From an archaeon (lineage in GTDB: Archaea; Nanobdellota; Nanobdellia; Pacearchaeales; GW2011-AR1), in assembly GCA_018697035.1 (NCBI GenBank), contig JABHSE010000002.1, forward strand, positions 155,160 through 219,159: 64,000 nucleotides of DNA. Direction: 5' to 3'. Under the pieces are notes generated by a model, which was given only the letters and a program-made list of their open reading frames with translations, was not told the origin of the DNA and did not search any database. This document shows, piece after piece, positions 26,031-34,959 of the stretch. The position numbers and the translations under genes were made by a program. Positions within the stretch are counted from its first letter, which is position 1. Every line of letters starts with the position of its first letter.

Positions 26031-26152
26031 CCGACTACCGACCACCCACCTCCGACATCCGAAATTTATCTCTCATAGTAAAATAGCAAAATTAGCCAAG
26101 TCGGCGACAACCGACTACCGAATTGCGACCTCCAGGTGGTCGACACCGACCA
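26031..26152. repeat. heptamer arrays and duplicated segment upstream of the four-helix-bundle gene
   Basis: CCGACTA CCGACCA CCCACCT CCGACAT CCGAAAT (26031-26065). CCGACTA CCGAATT GCGACCT ... CCGACCA (26111-26152). AAAATAGCAAA...CCGACTACCGA occurs twice (from 26007 and 26080). Confidence 0.8.
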
Positions 26153-26630
26153 CCAATTTCCCAATCTCACACCTGTCATAAACACTCCCGAACTCCTTCA
26201 TCCTTTTACAAATAGAAACATAAGACGAAAACTTCTCAACATTCCCCTGCCCCGAATCATAGACACCATAATAATTACAATTAGCAGAAGGACACGGCAC
26301 AATCGAATCAAACGCAGGATAAACTTTGTAAACCTCCAAGGAAGCAATCGGCCAAAACTCACCATAACTTTCCCCATAACCCTCAACCATAACCCTCAAC
26401 TTATCCTCGTCAAGACTCATAGATTCCCTGTCCCCATAACTAAGCTCAGGCATACCGGCAATAATCTCCAACGACGAAATCGCCTCCTCTCTAGACAACT
26501 CATCAGCACCACCACGAACATCCTTAAACATAATAACCAAAAAAAACAAACCAACCAAAACAAAAAAGAAAAACACTCCGATAATCATAAACGACATCTG
26601 CATAATCTTCATCTGCCCAAATTTTTTCAT
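26115..26630 (-). CDS. class III signal peptide protein (restarted after an insertion)
   Basis: MKKFGQMKIMQMSFMIIGVFFFFVLVGLFFLV. The last codons (VVGVDHLEVAIR) are encoded by the heptamer array. Confidence 0.55.
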   Translation of the reverse strand: MKKFGQMKIMQMSFMIIGVFFFFVLVGLFFLVIMFKDVRGGADELSREEAISSLEIIAGMPELSYGDRESMSLDEDKLRVMVEGYGESYGEFWPIASLEVYKVYPAFDSIVPCPSANCNYYGVYDSGQGNVEKFSSYVSICKRMKEFGSVYDRCEIGKLVVGVDHLEVAIR

Positions 26631-26782
26631 CTGCCCCACCTCTTAGGTTCAACTACCAAGTTTCTACAAGAAAGCGCGGTGCCGAAGGTGCTGTGATTTC
26701 TTGTAGAATAAAACCAACGACCAACGACCAACGACCAACAACCTCGCGAAGCGTTTGACATCTGCATAATCTTCATCTGCCC
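26593..26782. mobile_element. 138-bp hairpin-containing insert bracketed by a perfect 26-bp direct repeat
   Basis: GACATCTGCATAATCTTCATCTGCCC occurs at 26593-26618 and 26757-26782. The insert carries a 12-bp inverted repeat TTCTACAAGAAA (26662-26673) / TTTCTTGTAGAA (26697-26708) and (CCAACGA)x3 (26714-26734). The mechanism is unknown. Confidence 0.5.
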
Positions 26783-26833
26783 CCTTCTTCTCTCCCAGCT
26801 TCTAACTCCAAACTCCCAACTTTTTCTCACCAT
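26627..26833 (-). pseudogene. orphaned original 5' end (leader) of the 26115 pilin-like gene
   Basis: MVRKSWEFGVRSWERRRGQMKIMQMS matches the 26115 product through GQMKIMQMS, then runs into insert sequence. Its ATG overlaps the stop of the upstream gene, which is operon-style coupling. Confidence 0.55.
26793..26820. repeat. degenerate heptamer array TCCCAGC TTCTAAC TCCAAAC TCCCAAC
   Basis: Read directly. Encodes SWEFGVRSW in the orphaned leader. Confidence 0.7.
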
Positions 26834-27810
26834 ATCTTACACAGCTCCCCATTATTATTTCTATCCATACTCTCCGCAACGGTCTTCAACGCAACCAAAT
26901 CATCACTCGTAGCATTCCCAGCCAAGCTTCCCCAAACAATCAAATCTCCCCTTAGGTTAGTCCCACAGTCCCGAGCATCCATCAAGTCAGCCTTAGCAGA
27001 AAAAACACCAGCAATACTCTTCACTCGATACATCAACCTCTCAACATTGCACTCATAAACATCACTCTCAGAAAAAATCGCACCCCACATCAAATTTCCA
27101 ACATACCTCAAATCTCCAGACGGTTTCGACACAACACCCTCATCATAAATCGAATCACAACCACCCGAACACGAACCATAAACAATACTATCACAATCAC
27201 TACCACCTCCAAAACAAACCCTCTCAGAGTCACTACTACAATTATCAAAAACAATATTATCAATCCCCAAATCCAAAACCTCACCCGCAACAACATCCGG
27301 AGCATTCAAGAAACAATACTCCCTATCCATCAAAAAAATCAAATCACTAACCTCATACGGAAACTCAAACGGCTTAGAAAAAACATAATAATCAAATCCT
27401 TCATTCTCCCTATTTGAAAAAATATATTTATTATAAATCGAAGTAGCACCACCAGGCAAATTCCACTCATTCCCAACACCACTCCGCATCGCAACCGACA
27501 ACTCATTCTCCCCAAACCTTCCATCATTCAAACAATCATTAAACAACCGAGTCTCCTGCTTAAAAGAAATCTTTCCAAAAGAACCCTCCGAGAAACCAGC
27601 CTGCAACGGATCAGTCAAAATAGAAAAACTCTTCGCGGCCTCCGTATCACTTCCATATCTCAAACCATCACCAGCCTGCACCGCACCATAAATTGCCAAA
27701 GCCAAAATCGCACCCCCAGCCAAAATCGCAAATATCCAAACAAAATTGAACTGCCCTCTTTTTTGAGCCTGCGAAAAAAACGTAAAGATTTTCAATCTGC
27801 CTCTTTTCAT
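26827..27810 (-). CDS. class III signal peptide protein, Cys-rich ectodomain
   Basis: ...SQAQKRGQFNFVWIFAILAGGAILALAIYG. 327 aa. Includes CSSDSERVCFGGGSDCDSIVYGSCSGGCDS. Confidence 0.6.
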   Translation of the reverse strand: MKRGRLKIFTFFSQAQKRGQFNFVWIFAILAGGAILALAIYGAVQAGDGLRYGSDTEAAKSFSILTDPLQAGFSEGSFGKISFKQETRLFNDCLNDGRFGENELSVAMRSGVGNEWNLPGGATSIYNKYIFSNRENEGFDYYVFSKPFEFPYEVSDLIFLMDREYCFLNAPDVVAGEVLDLGIDNIVFDNCSSDSERVCFGGGSDCDSIVYGSCSGGCDSIYDEGVVSKPSGDLRYVGNLMWGAIFSESDVYECNVERLMYRVKSIAGVFSAKADLMDARDCGTNLRGDLIVWGSLAGNATSDDLVALKTVAESMDRNNNGELCKIW

Positions 27811-27848
27811 TATATAACATAAGAAAACCTCTTTATATTTTTATTGAC

Positions 27849-28349
27849 CTACGCAATCACAACAAACCGATCATAAAACCCCTTCTGAATCTTCAACCCA
27901 TCCTCAACATCAACACAATAAGGATTCGAAGTCGCCGTAATCTTCGTCACATTAATCCGCTCAATCAACTTCCATGCCATACCACTAGCTTCCTGCGGCG
28001 GAACCAAAAAAACATTAGCATCATAAAAATCAAAATCCTCTATCGCATCATAATCATCCCCAGGATTAGTTATTCTCTCATTCAAATTCCCAAAACAACC
28101 CCTCTCAATCCCCGACGGTAAACTTATATCAAAATCACTATCGCTCTCCTGCCCCTGAACAGCATTATCCACAGCCGCCTGGAAATCATCATAAAACATC
28201 CCAACCCTAGCACTATCTCCAATATCCAAGAAAGACCTAACAGCAATCCCAGCAATAACAAGAAAAACCACAATCAAAAAAATAGCAAAGATCATCCCAA
28301 ACGACATGCCCACAGCCTGCTGTCCACGTTTATCAATCACACTCCTCAT
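27849..28349 (-). CDS. class III signal peptide protein
   Basis: MRSVIDKRGQQAVGMSFGMIFAIFLIVVFLVIAG. ATG at 28349; the track start 28364 is TTG. Confidence 0.6.
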   Translation of the reverse strand: MRSVIDKRGQQAVGMSFGMIFAIFLIVVFLVIAGIAVRSFLDIGDSARVGMFYDDFQAAVDNAVQGQESDSDFDISLPSGIERGCFGNLNERITNPGDDYDAIEDFDFYDANVFLVPPQEASGMAWKLIERINVTKITATSNPYCVDVEDGLKIQKGFYDRFVVIA

Positions 28350-28464
28350 CCAAAACCAAACCAAACATATTTTATAAAACTATTTAACACCCCGCCCCTC
28401 AACATTCCACATAAAAAATATCAACAGTTCCAAAGTTAAAAACCCACCGCCAAGCCCCCACGAA

Positions 28465-28563
28465 GTGAGCCTTCCCATTTTGTAAAACAAAATGAGCCCC
28501 ACCATGCAAAGCATGAGCTAATCCACAAAAGTGAGCCTCTCAGTAATTTTCAAAGAAAATTAC
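28465..28563 (-). other. array of three hairpins interleaved with a repeated (G/A)TGAGC(C/T) motif
   Basis: Hairpins are CATTTTG-TAAAA-CAAAATG (28476-28494), CATGC-AAA-GCATG (28503-28515) and GTAATTTTC-AAA-GAAAATTAC (28543-28563, overlapping the stop codon). Motif copies: GTGAGCC at 28465 and 28531, ATGAGCC at 28492, ATGAGCT at 28513. Confidence 0.5.
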
Positions 28564-30616
28564 TAGTCGGCCGTACAATAATAGAACACTCCGCACCCTC
28601 ATTCAAAAACTCATCCCGACATTTGATATAATAAGTCTCTTCTTCATTCCACTCAGCAACATGAATCGTCGTATTCCCATAAGGCATCTCAACACCCTGC
28701 TCAAACGAAAAAACACAATCATCGAACGAATACGAACACTCACTATCCCGAATCGTCACAATCTTCAACATATCACCCTCTTCATAAACCCGCGCAATCA
28801 TCGGAGGACTGCTATCAATATCAACCTCAAACTCCGCAACATCCTCAACTAAATTACCACCCCCATCAACACACTTCACATAATACTGATGCTCCCCATC
28901 CGTAAGATCCAACCTCTGCGTATGAATCCCATCTTCATTATTCGTATCAAAAAACTGAATATAATTAACCCCATCACTAGACCATTCACAAACAGCTTGA
29001 CCCTCATCACAACCAAACATAGTCTCGACATAAAGCTCAACAGGCGCAGGGCTCACTCCTCCAGAAATACTCCCATTCGGCCTCAACTCACTCAAAACTA
29101 AACCAGTACTCCCCCTCAAACTAAACTCAAAACTCTCCCCGTTCTCATTCCTATCATTCTCTTCCTCTCCCGGCTGATCCTTACACCGAACATAATAAGT
29201 CGCGCCATCTCTCGGAATCCCAGTAAGCTCAGTACTACATCCAAACAACTGCAAAGCATTAACCTGCTGATAAGAAGAAGAACAACTCATATCGCTCTCC
29301 ATCAAATCATAATCCTGGTCCTGAAAACTCCACTTACATTCCGAAGGCTCATTCACATAGAATATAACTTCGGCACTATCAACATCCTCAGCAACACAAC
29401 CCTCATTAACAATACTAGTCGCATCAATCCTCGGAGCCGTAGTATCAGGACTAGGGTCAATACAAAAATTCACAGCATATTCAGCCGAATTCTCGTTCCC
29501 ATTCTTATCCTTACACCGAACATAAAACATCATATCCTTTCCATTCTCCAAAACAAAACCACTCCCTAGAAGCTCCGCAGCCCCAGGCAAACTAAACACA
29601 TCACTATGATTATAACTATACAAATTACTCCCACCAAAGAAAGCAGTCATATCATCAAACTTCGTAGTATGATTAAAATCAATCTTACACTGCGCCGGCT
29701 CATCAGTCACAAGTCCAAATTCCAAAGGTGTAAACGCCATTAAACATCCATCCTCAGTCGCAACATTCACAATCTCAAAACCAGGTCCAGGCGGCGAATT
29801 CTTAACATTCTTATACTCATGACCCGTCGACAACTCATCATAATTCGGCTTAATAATAGGAGGGTCAACATCCCTAGGATTAACATAAACACATCTCTCC
29901 TCCTCCGTCCCCTCATTCACAATCTCACAAGCCTGCCCCAAAGCCTTACACCTATACTCACTACAAGGCAAATCATCATCATTACAAACCTCACAAGAGT
30001 CCCCACCATTAGGTGCCTGCCAAGGCATACAATCAAAAGTCACAACCTTCATCTCAACATCCTTATACATCAAAGCAAAAACCAAAACACCAACACCAAG
30101 TCCAATCCAACCAGCATTAGAGACTATTGACCCACCCTTAGCAAGTGCTCCAGTCCCAGTCGTATACGAACTAAAGGCCTTATACACCCCGAGTCCAGCC
30201 GCCAAACTCATCCCCAAAGCCTCCGAATTACCTTCATCCATACCAAACATATCTCCAAGCATTGTCCCAGCAAAATAAGCCAAAGCAGCCCATTGCAAAC
30301 CAGAAACAAGAGCACTCGGTCCACTTCCAGGAGTCATCTTAAATATACCAGATAAATAAGAATCAGAAGCTGTTGTAGGCAAGTTTACAGTACCAGGAAC
30401 TTCCGCTAATATACCCTTTCCCGCAGGAGAACCAACTGCTTCCCAGCCGACTCCATCAGAAACCCATAATTTATCAGGCGAAAGCATTCCTTTAGCTGAA
30501 GTGTAGATAGGATAAGAACCCCCACTAACAATCCCCATCATACCAACAACACCAATAAATCCAAAAACCAACAGCCAAACCTGCAACATCGCCACGCCCC
30601 TAACACCAAATCTCAT
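28550..30616 (-). CDS. large Cys-containing membrane/surface protein (paralog of the C-terminal half of the 36194..40054 product)
   Basis: ATG at 30616, with TTTATAAA 22-29 nt upstream. It has a signal anchor, a Gly/Ala-rich multi-TM region, and four repeats ending in YY[VI][RK]C-x-D. See findings. Confidence 0.65.
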   Translation of the reverse strand: MRFGVRGVAMLQVWLLVFGFIGVVGMMGIVSGGSYPIYTSAKGMLSPDKLWVSDGVGWEAVGSPAGKGILAEVPGTVNLPTTASDSYLSGIFKMTPGSGPSALVSGLQWAALAYFAGTMLGDMFGMDEGNSEALGMSLAAGLGVYKAFSSYTTGTGALAKGGSIVSNAGWIGLGVGVLVFALMYKDVEMKVVTFDCMPWQAPNGGDSCEVCNDDDLPCSEYRCKALGQACEIVNEGTEEERCVYVNPRDVDPPIIKPNYDELSTGHEYKNVKNSPPGPGFEIVNVATEDGCLMAFTPLEFGLVTDEPAQCKIDFNHTTKFDDMTAFFGGSNLYSYNHSDVFSLPGAAELLGSGFVLENGKDMMFYVRCKDKNGNENSAEYAVNFCIDPSPDTTAPRIDATSIVNEGCVAEDVDSAEVIFYVNEPSECKWSFQDQDYDLMESDMSCSSSYQQVNALQLFGCSTELTGIPRDGATYYVRCKDQPGEEENDRNENGESFEFSLRGSTGLVLSELRPNGSISGGVSPAPVELYVETMFGCDEGQAVCEWSSDGVNYIQFFDTNNEDGIHTQRLDLTDGEHQYYVKCVDGGGNLVEDVAEFEVDIDSSPPMIARVYEEGDMLKIVTIRDSECSYSFDDCVFSFEQGVEMPYGNTTIHVAEWNEEETYYIKCRDEFLNEGAECSIIVRPTSNFL

Positions 30617-30757
30617 ACTAAAACATTGCATCACACATTTATAAATTCTATCATCTTCCCAAATACAAAACGAGGCAACCAATGGTAACCATATATAGAA
30701 AAAATTTATGTGCAAGCAATCATGGGAAAACCCACACATAAATTTTAATATCGTTCT

Positions 30758-32968
30758 TCAATAAGTATTAAACTTGAAGTTACGCGGACTTTTGGGAATA
30801 TTAAACAATATTACCATAAAGGGCAACTCACTATTTGCAGATATATTCTGATGGGATTTACTACATTCCCTTAGTTTATCAGATACTTCCCGTTTACTAT
30901 AACGAAATACTTCATCATCTTCCATTAAGCATCCAACATAAACTCTTCCATAGGTTCTGGATTTCTTCCCCCTAAACTCACAAATAATCTTAGGGATTTC
31001 ATTAGAGGTATCGTGCTGATTTTTAATTTTCCCCCTCACAATATAAATTCTCCCATATCTGGGATGATTTTTAAATTGCCCAAATACTGTTCTATGATTA
31101 ATCCCAACCTCTTCAACCTGCCCGAATATCCACTTCTCCAAATCTTCTCCAAAGTCCTCAAATTCAAAATAATTTTCATAGGAAGCAAGATGAGACAAGA
31201 ATGAAATAATCTTCTCATTGGATACTTGAAGTAAAAATTTATCTCCTTCTCTTCTGATATCAACAATGCCAATAGCAGTTCGGATATCTTTGACAACCTT
31301 CGAAAAAATATTCAGTCCGTCAAGATAACCCGAAAAGTTATCAATAGATTTATCATAAAGATTTTTTATGGTTTGAGAAGAACCCACATCATTAGTTCCA
31401 ATAGAGAAACTAAGATGTCCATCCAAACCCAATTTTCCAGATACCAATCCCCATTGACCAACGGAAAGGATATCTAGTGCAGACATTAACGGCAGGCGCT
31501 TCCTGATTGAATTTATTTCATTCGCACCAAAATCCTCATCTACAGATTCTTTAATTTCTGAAAGTGCCCTAGGAGTAACCCTAACACCAGCAACAAATTG
31601 ACTATCCCTTGGAGCAGCGAGTATTAAGGGCAAGTGCCAATCAGAAGAATCAATATCAACTGAACTATCAGGCAGTTTACGATATATAAACCAGTCATCT
31701 TCCACCTCATACCCACTATATTCACACCCCTTACATTTCGGCGACAAATCAAACAAGAATTCAAAAATATCATCATAAGAAGAATCTGGCTTAATCTTAA
31801 TACCTATACCATAATTCCCAACCGGATCAGATACAAAGTAAATAAAAGATGCAACATCTCGCAAACCCTGAACAAATTCCTCCAACCCAAGAATCTCATT
31901 CCTAACCTCGGCAACAAGAGAATTACCAGTAGGCAGCATCTCATAAAGTTGCCCTGGCTTAATTGACCCAATATCTACAAGAGCAAAGAGGCAATTATCA
32001 TTTGACTTAAGGCTCTTAGGCAACGCAACGTTATGAATGTTTTCCACAATCCCAACTCCAACCTCATAAGCCATCCCCTCCAAACTCGCCCGCCTCACAG
32101 CCCCAGCCATATTCACCTCAAAAGTAAGATTCGGAATCTCCACAAAAATCTTATCATCCTTCTCCAGTTTGGAACTATCAAAGTTAAGAGAAATTTCTCT
32201 ACCAAGATGAGAGTACATCATGGATATGCCTTCAGGAACATAATAAGGAACCTTATACACAACATAACCAGCTCCATATTTTTCCCGAAGCTTCTCAATC
32301 ATTTCCTTATCCCGACTATCCATACCATACTTCACAGCACCCTTTACCAAATCCGCAGCCTTCCCATGCTTCCCAAAAAATCCAGTACTATTGTCGAATG
32401 CCATCTCAAGCTGAGTCCGATCATCATCACTCAAATCATAAGTCCCTTCAATAGAAGCATTGTACTTCATCAAGAGCCTAGATAATTCAGTATTCTCCGG
32501 AGAGCAAGCGCGCAGAGATATTTCTTTTTCAGTTACATTGTCCACAGCATCAATAGTTTGCGTCTCGCCATTAATAACCAATTTCTCAGGAAGCACCAAA
32601 TAAACATGCGTTCCTGTCATAACTTCTTGAAACAGCTGCTGAGAAACAGGGATACGGCCACTCAATTCTTGGACATTTTGGTCAGCACCATACTTCACCG
32701 TTAAAACATTTCCCGTCATATTTACCTCAACATCAATTTTCAAATGCGACCTAGGAGCAGATTCAACAGAAAGATAATTTCCAGACGATTTAACCTCATT
32801 TTCCTGAACCCTCAATAACCCCCTCCTAGCAGGTAACTGAGTGTTCAAGTTAGTAATATTTTTCCCCTGTGTAAAATAAGAATACTCCCCAGTTTTATCC
32901 TGATTAGCAGAAGCAACACCAGAAAGCCCAATAACCAATCCAGCAATTAAACAAACAAATTTTTTCAT
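30758..32968 (-). CDS. secreted hypothetical protein, compositionally foreign
   Basis: 736 aa. Sec-type signal MKKFVCLIAGLVIGLSGVASA. A-rich coding strand (plus strand 31501-31560: T25 A16 C14 G5), unlike native minus-strand genes. No family recognised. Confidence 0.6.
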   Translation of the reverse strand: MKKFVCLIAGLVIGLSGVASANQDKTGEYSYFTQGKNITNLNTQLPARRGLLRVQENEVKSSGNYLSVESAPRSHLKIDVEVNMTGNVLTVKYGADQNVQELSGRIPVSQQLFQEVMTGTHVYLVLPEKLVINGETQTIDAVDNVTEKEISLRACSPENTELSRLLMKYNASIEGTYDLSDDDRTQLEMAFDNSTGFFGKHGKAADLVKGAVKYGMDSRDKEMIEKLREKYGAGYVVYKVPYYVPEGISMMYSHLGREISLNFDSSKLEKDDKIFVEIPNLTFEVNMAGAVRRASLEGMAYEVGVGIVENIHNVALPKSLKSNDNCLFALVDIGSIKPGQLYEMLPTGNSLVAEVRNEILGLEEFVQGLRDVASFIYFVSDPVGNYGIGIKIKPDSSYDDIFEFLFDLSPKCKGCEYSGYEVEDDWFIYRKLPDSSVDIDSSDWHLPLILAAPRDSQFVAGVRVTPRALSEIKESVDEDFGANEINSIRKRLPLMSALDILSVGQWGLVSGKLGLDGHLSFSIGTNDVGSSQTIKNLYDKSIDNFSGYLDGLNIFSKVVKDIRTAIGIVDIRREGDKFLLQVSNEKIISFLSHLASYENYFEFEDFGEDLEKWIFGQVEEVGINHRTVFGQFKNHPRYGRIYIVRGKIKNQHDTSNEIPKIICEFRGKKSRTYGRVYVGCLMEDDEVFRYSKREVSDKLRECSKSHQNISANSELPFMVILFNIPKSPRNFKFNTY

Positions 32969-33207
32969 AACAATCTCCCAATTAAATTAAATAAAAATCA
33001 CACAAACCTCTACAAAAACACCAAGCCAAAAACATATTCCGACTCATTTCAAATATCAACCAAGATATTCCAACCCAAACACAAGTCAAAAGAAGTCTCC
33101 ACGCAAAAGCGCAAGTAGTCAGTGTAGTCTCTGTAAGTTTTGTGTATTGTTAATAATAAAGATTATCAATAACACATTAAAAAACTTCCTATTCTGGTTC
33201 CAAAAGT

Positions 33208-34959
33208 TTATTCTTCAAGACTTTTCTCGACCCCATCAACAACCCAGTTATACCCATCATCAGTATAAACCCCATCATAATTAACAGCCCCACCACAATC
33301 TCCAAGCGAACTACAAACAGCATTAGCACTCTCAGCCCACTCATTACCCAAACACTCAGCCCCCTCAACAATATCACTCCCACCAATCAAACCCTCTTCA
33401 TAAACCACAACACATCGAGCACTGGCCTGTCCACAAATAGTCCCAGCACTCCCCTCTTTCCAAAATTCTAGACCAGGCGGAAAATTAGGAACACAAATTC
33501 CATTAGGCCTATTAGTAGTAGTTCCCTCAATTTCTTCTTCATCATCATCCCCACCACCAAAAATCGAATCCCCAGTAATAGGCGCAATAACAGCAGCCGT
33601 AGGATTAGTAAACGCAGGAGTATCGGTATCACTTGTAGGATTAGAATAACTACTAGAACTACTACTTCCCCCACCCAAAATCATCCCCATAACAGAACCC
33701 ATCCACTTACAATCTCTCTGATCAATATTCAAACAATCTTCCTCATCAGCCTGCATCACACAATCTTGCCATCGATTAACCCGACAAGCCGCAGTCCCAA
33801 AATCCCCTTCATCCGTATCAATCGAGCCCTCTAAACAAACCTCATTCCTAAAATCACTACAAGGCTCAACCTTCACCTCACCATCAACACAAATCTCTCT
33901 GTAGTGCCGACTACCGACATCCGAACCCCGACTACCGAAATCCTCTACACACCAAGACTCCCCATTAATCCGCTTATCCCCCCCCCTATCTATACACTCA
34001 GTCTTCTGACAATAATGATCTCCTCCAACAGGTCCACCAATCATCCCATCGAACTCTTCACACCGAGTCCCCAATAAATAATCACAATTCCCACAATTAA
34101 GATCATCCCCATTATTTGCAGCACAAACCTCCACGTCTTCAGCAACTCGACCATTATTCCAACTCTTATCCTTATTACTCGAATAAACGTTTTCATTATT
34201 TCCACAAGAGTCTACCCAAAAAACATCACCCTGATAACAAGTAGTCGAAGTCTGCCTAGCGCAAGCCGTATTCAATTCCTCAGCCGAACAAAGATAATCT
34301 TTGTAAAAGGTCTTCCCACTCGCAACATCTAGGGTATCATTTTGAGCAACAATCTCAACTTCATTAACAGCACCACACTCTCCTCTCGTCGTAAACTCAC
34401 AAATATTTTCAAAATCACTTTCATAAACACAAGCACCTTTATCTTGTGCCTGAGCCTCCGCAATACAACTAACCTCGTCGGTAATATCAGTCCTATAATC
34501 ATTCTCAACACCAAACAAAGTCGACAATCTCTTACATCGAACAAGCGGAACAAACGCAGCCTGGTCCGCAATCACACAACATCCCAACTGACACTGCGGT
34601 ACCTCATCAACTTCTCTCTCGTCCCAAGTCCCACCATTCTCATTACAAACATTTTGCGGCGTATTCCCCATACAAATTCCCTCCTCACTCTCATAACAAG
34701 TTCCAAGTCGACAATACGAAGTAGTCTCGCACGAAGTCGGCGCAACATTATAACTAGTATCACAAGCACTCTCTTCGTCATTCACACACCACGCTCCCTC
34801 AGTTGTCTTCTCACAACAATAACTAGCTTCACTAGTCGCAGCCATTCCAAGTCCAGCTAACAAAATAATCATAACAAAAAACAACCAACCCGGGCGTAGC
34901 CCCCGATCTCCTAACCCCCAACTCCTAACCCCCAACTTATGAAAATTCCCTATTTTCAT
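33208..34959 (-). CDS. Cys-rich secreted protein (paralog of the N-terminal half of the 36194..40054 product)
   Basis: 583 aa. Dozens of Cys in CxxC-poor, EGF-like spacing. GESWCVEDFGSRGSDVGSRHYREICVDGEVKVEPCSDFRNEVC and LGDCGGAVN are shared with the fusion protein. ATGA overlap with the upstream gene. Confidence 0.65.
   Translation of the reverse strand: MKIGNFHKLGVRSWGLGDRGLRPGWLFFVMIILLAGLGMAATSEASYCCEKTTEGAWCVNDEESACDTSYNVAPTSCETTSYCRLGTCYESEEGICMGNTPQNVCNENGGTWDEREVDEVPQCQLGCCVIADQAAFVPLVRCKRLSTLFGVENDYRTDITDEVSCIAEAQAQDKGACVYESDFENICEFTTRGECGAVNEVEIVAQNDTLDVASGKTFYKDYLCSAEELNTACARQTSTTCYQGDVFWVDSCGNNENVYSSNKDKSWNNGRVAEDVEVCAANNGDDLNCGNCDYLLGTRCEEFDGMIGGPVGGDHYCQKTECIDRGGDKRINGESWCVEDFGSRGSDVGSRHYREICVDGEVKVEPCSDFRNEVCLEGSIDTDEGDFGTAACRVNRWQDCVMQADEEDCLNIDQRDCKWMGSVMGMILGGGSSSSSSYSNPTSDTDTPAFTNPTAAVIAPITGDSIFGGGDDDEEEIEGTTTNRPNGICVPNFPPGLEFWKEGSAGTICGQASARCVVVYEEGLIGGSDIVEGAECLGNEWAESANAVCSSLGDCGGAVNYDGVYTDDGYNWVVDGVEKSLEE
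33907..33941. repeat. heptamer array CCGACTA CCGACAT CCGAACC CCGACTA CCGAAAT
   Basis: Read directly. In frame inside the 583-aa CDS, where it encodes FGSRGSDVGSRH. Confidence 0.85.
34909..34936. repeat. perfect (TCCTAACCCCCAAC)x2 heptamer-pair array
   Basis: Read directly. Lies in codons 8-17 of the 583-aa gene (LGVRSWGLG). Confidence 0.9.
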
